Source: Nitrospira sp. (GTDB lineage: Bacteria; Nitrospirota; Nitrospiria; Nitrospirales; Nitrospiraceae). From it: DNA of 64,000 bases. The translations under genes and the position numbers were made by a program. A model generated the notes under the pieces. The model saw nothing but the letters and a program-made list of their open reading frames with translations, did no database searches and was not told the DNA's origin. Below, in pieces: positions 42,240-49,141 of the stretch. Within the stretch, counting starts at the first letter, position 1, and every line of letters starts with the position of its first letter. The stretch is from assembly GCA_046350995.1 (NCBI GenBank), contig JAXLZJ010000011.1:122500-186499 (forward strand), read 5' to 3'.

Positions 42240-43952
42240 ATGCCCACGATCTCGATTTTCAAAGACGATCTCGAATCTCTGCTCGACGGAAAGTCCCAGC
42301 GGACTGTCACGATCGACCAGATCGAAGAATGGCTGATGCTCGTCAAAGGCGAGCTGAAGGGACACAACGCCGAGACCGGTGAACTCCGTGTCGAACTACA
42401 AGACAGCAACCGGCCCGATCTCTGGTGTTGCGAAGGCATTGCGAGGCAGATTCGAATCAAGCAGCAGGGGAAACTGAAGCCCTACCCGTTCTTCGGGAAA
42501 AAGCCCAAGCCCGCCCAACGCGTCATTGTCGGCTCCGGCATCGACCAGGTGCGGCCCTATGTCGCCGCCTGCTCGGCCAAGGGCTATCGCGTTACCGACG
42601 AGGGGCTCGCGCAATTGATTCAGACACAGGAAAAACTGGCGGACATCTTCGGCCACAAACGTAAGACGGTCTCGATCGGCATTTATCAGCTGTCGAAGAT
42701 CGCCTTTCCCGTTACGTACGAATTGGTCAAGCCGGACGAGGCGCACTTCACCCCGTTAGGGATGGAGACGGTGATGACCTTGTCGGAAATTCTGATGGTC
42801 CATCCGAAAGGTTTGGAGCACGGGCATATTCTGGCAGGACAGAGCCGCGTGCCGATTCTACGCGATGCGAAGCAGCAGCCGCTGTCGTTCCCGCCGATCA
42901 TCAACAGCCGCGAGATCGGCGAAGTACGGGTGGGGGACGACGAATTGTTCGTAGAGGTCACCGGCACCGATCAAGCGATGGTCGTGCTGACGCTCAATAT
43001 CTTTGCCGCGAACCTGGCCGATCGCGGGGCGGTCATCGAGCCGATCGAAGTCCACTACCCGAAGAGCACGCCGCTGGGCAAGCGCGTCGTGACGCCCCAA
43101 GACCTCGACCGGTCACGGACGATCGACGTCAAGACCATCGAACGGGCCCTTGGCCAAGAACTCGGTGCCAAGGCCGTGGTCCAGGCTCTTCAAGTGTACG
43201 GGTATGAGGTTTCGGCGGGAAAAGCCTCCGTCAAGGCGAAGCTGCCGCCCTACCGGCAGGATCTCATGCACGCGATGGATGTCGTCGAAGATGTGGCGAT
43301 GAGCCGCGGATACGGCTCTTTCCCACCCGAGATGCCGGCGCAATTTACCGTGGGCGGGCTTTCGCGCATCGAACAGACCTCCGACCGCGCCCGCGAGTTG
43401 ATGGTCGGCCTTGGGTTTCAGGAAATCATCTCCAACATCCTCGGCTCGCCGGATAATTATGCGGCCGCCATGCGTCTCGATGGGACTGAGTGGGGCAAGA
43501 TGGTCGAAGTGGACAATGCGATGGCGCTGACCTTCTCGGCCCTACGCCAATGGATGTTGCCGTCGCTCCTCCGGGTTGAAGCGGCGTCAAGCCGGGCGTT
43601 TTATCCTCATCGGCTCTTCGAAGCCGGCGACGTGGCGATTCCGGATTCCTCGCACGAACTGGGTTCGCGCACGGAGACCGTGCTGGGCGGAGTCATCGCC
43701 CATGCGACGGCGCATTTTTCCGAGATCCACTCTAGCCTCGACGTGTTGTTGTATCACTTAGGCACGGAGTACACGCTTGAGCCGGTCCAGCACCCCTCGT
43801 TCCTCGAAGGCCGCGCCGGTCGTATTGTTGTCGCCGGCAAACCGGTCGGTGTCATCGGCGAAGTCCATCCTGAAGTCCTCGAGCGCTGGCAAATTGCCGT
43901 CCCCGTCGTCTCGTTCGATGTGAATCTGTCACAGCTGGTCGATCTGGCATAG
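42240..43952 (+). CDS. pheT: Phenylalanyl-tRNA synthetase beta, short archaeal/eukaryotic type (570 aa)
   Basis: NRPDL, QEKL...G.KRK..SIG, PPYR.D.MH..D..ED.A; no recognisable OB-fold or C-terminal FDX-ACB domain. Confidence 0.93.
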   Translation: MPTISIFKDDLESLLDGKSQRTVTIDQIEEWLMLVKGELKGHNAETGELRVELQDSNRPDLWCCEGIARQIRIKQQGKLKPYPFFGKKPKPAQRVIVGSGIDQVRPYVAACSAKGYRVTDEGLAQLIQTQEKLADIFGHKRKTVSIGIYQLSKIAFPVTYELVKPDEAHFTPLGMETVMTLSEILMVHPKGLEHGHILAGQSRVPILRDAKQQPLSFPPIINSREIGEVRVGDDELFVEVTGTDQAMVVLTLNIFAANLADRGAVIEPIEVHYPKSTPLGKRVVTPQDLDRSRTIDVKTIERALGQELGAKAVVQALQVYGYEVSAGKASVKAKLPPYRQDLMHAMDVVEDVAMSRGYGSFPPEMPAQFTVGGLSRIEQTSDRARELMVGLGFQEIISNILGSPDNYAAAMRLDGTEWGKMVEVDNAMALTFSALRQWMLPSLLRVEAASSRAFYPHRLFEAGDVAIPDSSHELGSRTETVLGGVIAHATAHFSEIHSSLDVLLYHLGTEYTLEPVQHPSFLEGRAGRIVVAGKPVGVIGEVHPEVLERWQIAVPVVSFDVNLSQLVDLA

Positions 43953-43974
43953 ATCGGCATTTGCTGAGAACGAA

Positions 43975-44008
43975 AACGGGGGGAGCGACGTACGCCGCTC
44001 CCCCCGTT
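43975..44008. terminator. Hairpin between convergent pheT and rplT
   Basis: AACGGGGGGAGCG-N8-CGCTCCCCCCGTT. Confidence 0.8.
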
Positions 44009-44034
44009 CCCTTTACCGCAACCGACGATGTGGT

Positions 44035-44400
44035 TTAAGCCGTTGCCGGCACGTGCTGTTTGGCGAGACCGATCAGCTTCTCAAAGCCGGCGGCATCCTT
44101 GATCGCCATGTCCGAGAGGACTTTTCGATCCAGCAATACATTCGCCTTCTTGAGTGCGTTGATGAAGCGGCCGTAGGTTAATCCCTGGGCACGCACGGCA
44201 GCGCTGATGCGCGCGATCCACAGTTGCCGGAAATCCCGCTTGCGATTCTTGCGGCCGACGTAGGCGTACTGCTGGCCCTTGTCTACCGATTCGGTTGCGG
44301 ATCGGAACAACCGGCTCTTGGCTCCGTACTGGCCCGAAGCCAGTTTAATCCGCTTCTTCCGTCTCTGTCTGGTTTTCGATCCACCTTTTGCGCGAGGCAT
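44035..44400 (-). CDS. rplT: 50S ribosomal protein L20
   Basis: MPRAK, YAY..RK.RKRDFR.LWI.RI. Confidence 0.99.
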   Translation of the reverse strand: MPRAKGGSKTRQRRKKRIKLASGQYGAKSRLFRSATESVDKGQQYAYVGRKNRKRDFRQLWIARISAAVRAQGLTYGRFINALKKANVLLDRKVLSDMAIKDAAGFEKLIGLAKQHVPATA

Positions 44401-44441
44401 GGTCCTATTCTCCTTCTACTCGTGAGGCTCGTTCTCAGGCC

Positions 44442-44636
44442 TTAGTTATACGGGAGCAAGCGATTCAAAGACAAGGTCGCGGTCTCGCTGATGACGGCGG
44501 TGCCGCTCAACCGACGCTTCTGGTCGCTCTTCTTGTGGGTTAGCAGATGACGTTTACCGGCTTTTCTCCGGACGATCTTGCCGCTGCCGGTCCTGGCAAA
44601 TCGCTTGCTGGCGCCTTTGTGGGTCTTGGCTTTCAT
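44442..44636 (-). CDS. rpmI: 50S ribosomal protein L35
   Basis: KTHKGASKRF..TGSGK, HLLT.K. Confidence 0.98.
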   Translation of the reverse strand: MKAKTHKGASKRFARTGSGKIVRRKAGKRHLLTHKKSDQKRRLSGTAVISETATLSLNRLLPYN

Positions 44637-44677
44637 AAGGGTCCTTCCTCTCCGTTGGTCACTCTGGTTCGTGTCGG

Positions 44678-45187
44678 TTAATTCTTGGGAGCCACGATCA
44701 TAATCAGGCTCCGGCCTTCCATGCGCGGGGCATATTCGATCGTCCCGGTTTCGCTCAGCTCGGCGATCACGCTGTTCATGACCGTCCGGCCCATCTCCTG
44801 GTTGGCCATCTCGCGTCCGCGATAGGTGAGCGTCACTTTGGTTTTGTTCCCGTCGGCCAGAAACTCCTTGATCTGGCGAACTTTGATTTCCAGGTCGTGC
44901 TTATCCGTCCTGGGCCGAAGCTTGATTTCCTTTACCTGCGTGGACTTTTGATGGCGACGGCTCTGGTGTTCTTTCTTGCTGAGCTCGTACTTGTACTTGC
45001 CATAGTCCATGATCCGGCAGACCGGCGGCACGGAGGTCGGGGCGACTTCGACGAGGTCGTAGCCCTGCTCTTGCGCTTGCCGGAATGCGTCCGGGGTCGG
45101 GAGAATGCCCAGCTGCTCCCCTTCCGGACCGATGACTCGCACTTCTCGTACTCGGATTTCGCGGTTCACGCGCAGTTTCGGAACGAT
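44678..45187 (-). CDS. infC: Translation initiation factor IF-3, ATC start
   Basis: GAGGTG RBS then ATC GTT CCG AAA CTG CGC GTG AAC; NREIR..EVRVI, DLVEVAP, KEIKLRP. Confidence 0.96.
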   Translation of the reverse strand: MVPKLRVNREIRVREVRVIGPEGEQLGILPTPDAFRQAQEQGYDLVEVAPTSVPPVCRIMDYGKYKYELSKKEHQSRRHQKSTQVKEIKLRPRTDKHDLEIKVRQIKEFLADGNKTKVTLTYRGREMANQEMGRTVMNSVIAELSETGTIEYAPRMEGRSLIMIVAPKN

Positions 45188-45197
45188 ATGCCACCTC

Positions 45198-47129
45198 TTA
45201 GTGTGTGGGTTGAAGCTCCGGCTGGGTGCGTGTCACGTCGTTACGCAACATCTCAATCACCGCAGCCCCTGTCATGCTGCCGAGGTTCGCGCCGCTCCGT
45301 CCCCGGACGGAGAGGGTGCCGCTCTGTACTTCGCGATCCCCTGCGACGAGCATATAGGGGACCTTGGCCTTTTCCGCTTCGCGGATTTTGAAGCCGATCT
45401 TCTCGTTCCTCAAGTCAGCGTCGGCCCGGAAGCCGGCCGCTTTCAACTGGTCGACCACGGCATTCACGTATTCCCGTTGATTGTCGGTGATGGCCATGAC
45501 GATGGCCTGCACCGGGGCGAGCCATGTCGGGAAGGCGCCGCCATAGTGTTCCACCAGAATCCCGAAGAAACGCTCGATGGAACCCATCAGCGCGCGATGG
45601 ATCATGATGGGCTGGTGCGACTTGCCGTCCTCACCGATATAACTGAGTTCAAACCGTTCCGGGTTATTGAAATCGACCTGCACCGTCGAACACTGCCATG
45701 AGCGGCCCAGTGCATCCTTGATCTTGATGTCGATCTTCGGCCCGTAGAAGGCACCGCCGCCTTCGTCTACGTGGAAATCGATGTTGCGGGACTTGAGCGC
45801 CGCCTCCAGCGAGCTGGTGGCGAGGGCCCAGTTTTCGTCCGACCCGACGGATTCTTTCGGCCGGGTCGAGAGAAAAATCTCGAATTCGTTGAATCCGAAT
45901 GTCTTCAAGATGAAGAACGTGAAGTCGATGACGCGGCTGACTTCCTCTTGAATCTGATCGGGCCGGCAGAACAAATGGGCGTCGTCCTGCGTGAAGCCGC
46001 GGACGCGCAACAGTCCGTGGAGCACGCCCGTCCGTTCATAGCGATAGACCGTCCCGAGTTCTCCATATCGGATCGGTAGGTCCCGATAGCTTCGGAGATG
46101 GGACTTGTAGATCATGATGTGGTACGGACAGTTCATCGGCTTGAGCTGGTACTCGCTGCCCTCGATTTTCATCGAGGCGAACATATTTTCCCGGTAGTAG
46201 TCGACGTGGCCGCTGGTTTTCCAGAGATCCAATCGCGCCACATGCGGGCTGTACACCAGTTCGTAGCCGTCCCGAAGATGTTGCTCGCGCCAGAAGTTTT
46301 CGATCAGCAAGCGAACCAGCGCACCTTTGGGGTGCCAGAGGACGAGGCCCGGTCCGATTTCATCCTGAATCGTGATGAGATCGAGCTCCTTGCCGACCTT
46401 GCGATGGTCGCGGCGTTTGATTTCCTCCAGCCGGGCCAGATGGGCATCCAGTTCCGCTTGGGTCGGGAACGAGGTACCGTAGATGCGTTGCAACATCGGA
46501 TTCCGCTCGTCACCACGCCAGTACGCTCCGGCCGTATTGAGTAGTTTGAACGCGCCGACGTGGCCGGTGGTGGGCAGGTGCGGACCCCGGCAGAGATCGA
46601 CGAATTCACCTTGACTGTAGGCAGATATCGGTTCGTTATCCGGGAATCCCTGGATCAACTCGACCTTGTATTGCTCGCCCCGTGATCGAAAGAGCTGGAT
46701 CGCTTCTTCTTTCGACAACTCGCGGCGGGTTACCGTGAGGTTGCGTTTGATAATGTCCTTCGCCTTCGCTTCGATCTTTTCCAGGTCTTCCGGCGTAAAC
46801 GGCCGGTCGAAGGCGAAGTCATAGAAAAAGCTGTCTTCGAGGGCCGGCCCAATCGTCATCTGGGCGGTCGGAAACACTTCCTTCACGGCCTGAGCCATGA
46901 TGTGCGTACTGCTGTGGCGATAGACCTCGCGGCCCTCCACCGAGTCGAACTTGATTGGCTCGATCACGGCGTCTTCGGTGAGCGGACGTGACAGGTCTAC
47001 CACCTGCCCGTTCACTTTGACCGCCAAGATGTCAGGACTGACGGTTACACCGCAGGCCTTCAAGGCAGCTATTGCAGGTTGTCCTTTTTCAAGGACCTGG
47101 CCGGTTCCGTTTTTCACCGTGATCTTCAT
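45198..47129 (-). CDS. thrS: Threonyl-tRNA synthetase
   Basis: RHSSTH.MAQAV, DLCRGPH, RDHRK.G, KPMNCP, YGPKID. Confidence 0.98.
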   Translation of the reverse strand: MKITVKNGTGQVLEKGQPAIAALKACGVTVSPDILAVKVNGQVVDLSRPLTEDAVIEPIKFDSVEGREVYRHSSTHIMAQAVKEVFPTAQMTIGPALEDSFFYDFAFDRPFTPEDLEKIEAKAKDIIKRNLTVTRRELSKEEAIQLFRSRGEQYKVELIQGFPDNEPISAYSQGEFVDLCRGPHLPTTGHVGAFKLLNTAGAYWRGDERNPMLQRIYGTSFPTQAELDAHLARLEEIKRRDHRKVGKELDLITIQDEIGPGLVLWHPKGALVRLLIENFWREQHLRDGYELVYSPHVARLDLWKTSGHVDYYRENMFASMKIEGSEYQLKPMNCPYHIMIYKSHLRSYRDLPIRYGELGTVYRYERTGVLHGLLRVRGFTQDDAHLFCRPDQIQEEVSRVIDFTFFILKTFGFNEFEIFLSTRPKESVGSDENWALATSSLEAALKSRNIDFHVDEGGGAFYGPKIDIKIKDALGRSWQCSTVQVDFNNPERFELSYIGEDGKSHQPIMIHRALMGSIERFFGILVEHYGGAFPTWLAPVQAIVMAITDNQREYVNAVVDQLKAAGFRADADLRNEKIGFKIREAEKAKVPYMLVAGDREVQSGTLSVRGRSGANLGSMTGAAVIEMLRNDVTRTQPELQPTH

Positions 47130-47155
47130 GAGCGCCACATTCGGCTGACCGTCAG

Positions 47156-47199
47156 AAAACAAGAAAGGCACTCCGCTGCCCCAAGGCACACGGATGCCT
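47156..47199 (-). terminator. Terminator-like hairpin between tRNA-Val and thrS
   Basis: Minus strand AGGCATCC...GGAGTGCCT followed by TTCTTGTTTT. Confidence 0.55.
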
Positions 47200-47209
47200 C
47201 TCGCCGGCA

Positions 47210-47284
47210 TGGTAGGCGCGGACGGTCTTGAACCGTCGACCTCTACCGTGTCAAGGTAGCGCTCTCCCCCTGAGCTACGCGCCT
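47210..47284 (-). tRNA. tRNA-Val(GAC)
   Basis: AGGCGCGTAGCTCAGGGGGAGAGCG-CTACC-TTGACAC-GGTAG...GGTTCAAGACC...CGCGCCTACCA. Confidence 0.98.
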
Positions 47285-47299
47285 ATTGTCCGGGTGGGC

Positions 47300-47329
47300 A
47301 TGCTAATATAGGCCTGCCTATAGTGTCAA
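47300..47329 (-). promoter_or_regulatory. sigma70 promoter with palindrome in the spacer
   Basis: TTGACA-N18-TAGCAT; spacer holds TATAGGC-N2-GCCTATA (47307-47322). Confidence 0.7.
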
Positions 47330-47334
47330 GAAAT

Positions 47335-47397
47335 GCAAAAAGAGAAGGCGACTTCCACTCTCTTTACAAACAAGGGTGGAGCCGCCTTCTCTTTTGC
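47335..47397. terminator. Terminator downstream of hup
   Basis: AAAAGAGAAGGCG...CGCCTTCTCTTTT inverted repeat with T-tracts on both strands. Confidence 0.8.
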
Positions 47398-47422
47398 CTG
47401 TCCGGACCTACGTGCAAGCCAG

Positions 47423-47695
47423 TTACTTGACGGCCGAGCGGAGCTCCTTGCCGGCTGAAAATTTCGGAACCTTGGCGGCCGGAATCTTGAGGGCTTCACC
47501 GGTTCGCGGGTTTCTTCCCATCCGGGCTTTCCGCTTCGAGATCGTAAACGTTCCGAAGTTGACCAGAGAGACCCGCTGGCCCTTCTTCAGAGACGACGTC
47601 ACGGCGCCGGTGAAAGCTTCCAATGCGGTTCCTGCGGCGACCTTGGTAATCCCAGCCGAGGCGGCCATCTTCGCAATCAGCTCTTCCTTGGTCAT
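47423..47695 (-). CDS. hup: DNA-binding protein HU
   Basis: MTKEELI, LVNFGTF, GRNPRTGE..IPA.KVPKF.AGK.L. Confidence 0.97.
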   Translation of the reverse strand: MTKEELIAKMAASAGITKVAAGTALEAFTGAVTSSLKKGQRVSLVNFGTFTISKRKARMGRNPRTGEALKIPAAKVPKFSAGKELRSAVK

Positions 47696-47757
47696 CAGTC
47701 CCCTCCTTGGTTGTGAATGATTGACGATGCCGAACGTCCGAGGTGATCCCTGCACGG

Positions 47758-48351
47758 CTATGTGCTAACGGCCCGGGTTGATTTTGAACGGCTCCGCTTG
47801 AGTGGAATGTGCAGATCCGCGATCTTCTTTCTGAGCGTATTCCGATTTAGCCCGAGCAGCTCCGCCGCTTGAATCTGATTGCCGCGGGTTTCGCGGAGCG
47901 CGGAAGAAATCAGCGGTCGTTCAACTGCTGAAATCAGCATCGGATGGAGATTCTTAGCCGCGCCGTTATGCATCCCCTTCACGAAATCACCCATTTTCTG
48001 GTCCAGATAGTCTTCTAGCGACAGGTCGGGGCTCTTGCTGTTGTGGGACGCGCCTTGTCGGCTCATGAGTTGGATCATCTTGGAGGCGCGCTTGAGGACG
48101 GTTCGCGAACCGGTGATGACCAAGGTCTGTGAAGGGTCAATGTGGGCCGGAAGCGACATCTCTTGCCCCTGGCCTTCCCGCGATTCCACGATCACAGCGT
48201 CGAATGACTGTTTGGGCAGGTGCTTCGGCAGTGACGCTACGTCCTGTGCGATGGTGATCGCCGCGTCCTTGAGGGCGTGTTTGAAGTGAGCTTGGACGTC
48301 CGAGTCGGTCGTCAATAAGAGAATAGAAAAGACAGATGAAGGGACCGACAT
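47758..48351 (-). CDS. Fis-type HTH protein with degenerate receiver-like N-domain
   Basis: ALRETRGNQIQAAELLGLNRNTLRKKI; no AAA+ domain. Confidence 0.8.
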   Translation of the reverse strand: MSVPSSVFSILLLTTDSDVQAHFKHALKDAAITIAQDVASLPKHLPKQSFDAVIVESREGQGQEMSLPAHIDPSQTLVITGSRTVLKRASKMIQLMSRQGASHNSKSPDLSLEDYLDQKMGDFVKGMHNGAAKNLHPMLISAVERPLISSALRETRGNQIQAAELLGLNRNTLRKKIADLHIPLKRSRSKSTRAVST

Positions 48352-48591
48352 GCAGGCACCAAGCGAAGAAGAGGGCCGGATTATTGCCCAGGGCCAGTTT
48401 GAAGTCAATTGGATATTTCATGATTCATGAAGAGGAATGATGAAAACAGATTGGAATACGATTGATAAGTGATTGTTGAAGAGGCACGGCTGTCGACGAG
48501 AAAATGATGCGCGGCGGCAATCAATTATTTCTCTGTTGGAAGTTGGGATGGCGATTCACAGCAAGGCTGATTCGTCTACTAAGAGCATGGC

Positions 48592-48656
48592 TTGACAGAA
48601 AGCCTGGCCGGAAGGTATACGATGCACGATTAATTCCTACCGGAATAATCAAGAAT
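48592..48656 (+). promoter_or_regulatory. Putative promoter/operator of sulfur operon
   Basis: TTGACA 48592-48597, weak -10 TATACG; ATTCC-N4-GGAAT palindrome 48633-48646. Confidence 0.4.
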
Positions 48657-49104
48657 GAAGGTTTCTCACAGAGCCATCTATGGAATCATGGCGGCAGTAG
48701 ATCTCGCCATGCATGGCAAGGAGGCACCCGTTCAAGCGCGTGCGATTGCCAGACGGCAAGGCATTCCCGTGCGATTCCTTGAACAGGTGCTCCATACGAT
48801 GCGGAAAGCCGGACTGGTCGAAAGCGTTAGGGGAGCGCAAGGCGGATATTTATTGTTGCAGGCGCCTTCGGACCTTTCTGTGGCTGAAGTACTCGAGGTG
48901 CTCGAAGGACCGATCTTTCATGGCGAACCCCAAAATGGACACGGGATTGGCCGCCGCGAAAGCAAAGAACAGCTGCTCCTCGGTACGGTCTGGACGAAGG
49001 TTCAGCAGGCGGAACAGGCCGTCTTAGGTGCCGTCACGATCGATCAATTGGTGGAACGGCAACGAGCGATCGATCAGCAGCAGAATCCGATGTATCACAT
49101 CTAG
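48655..49104 (+). CDS. Rrf2-family regulator, Cys-less (CymR-like)
   Basis: RRQGIP..FLEQ, SVRGAQGGY; no cysteines; C-terminal MYHI. Confidence 0.9.
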   Translation: MKVSHRAIYGIMAAVDLAMHGKEAPVQARAIARRQGIPVRFLEQVLHTMRKAGLVESVRGAQGGYLLLQAPSDLSVAEVLEVLEGPIFHGEPQNGHGIGRRESKEQLLLGTVWTKVQQAEQAVLGAVTIDQLVERQRAIDQQQNPMYHI

Positions 49105-49141
49105 GCAGCACGAGCATGACCCTTTACCGGGAGTCGATATC

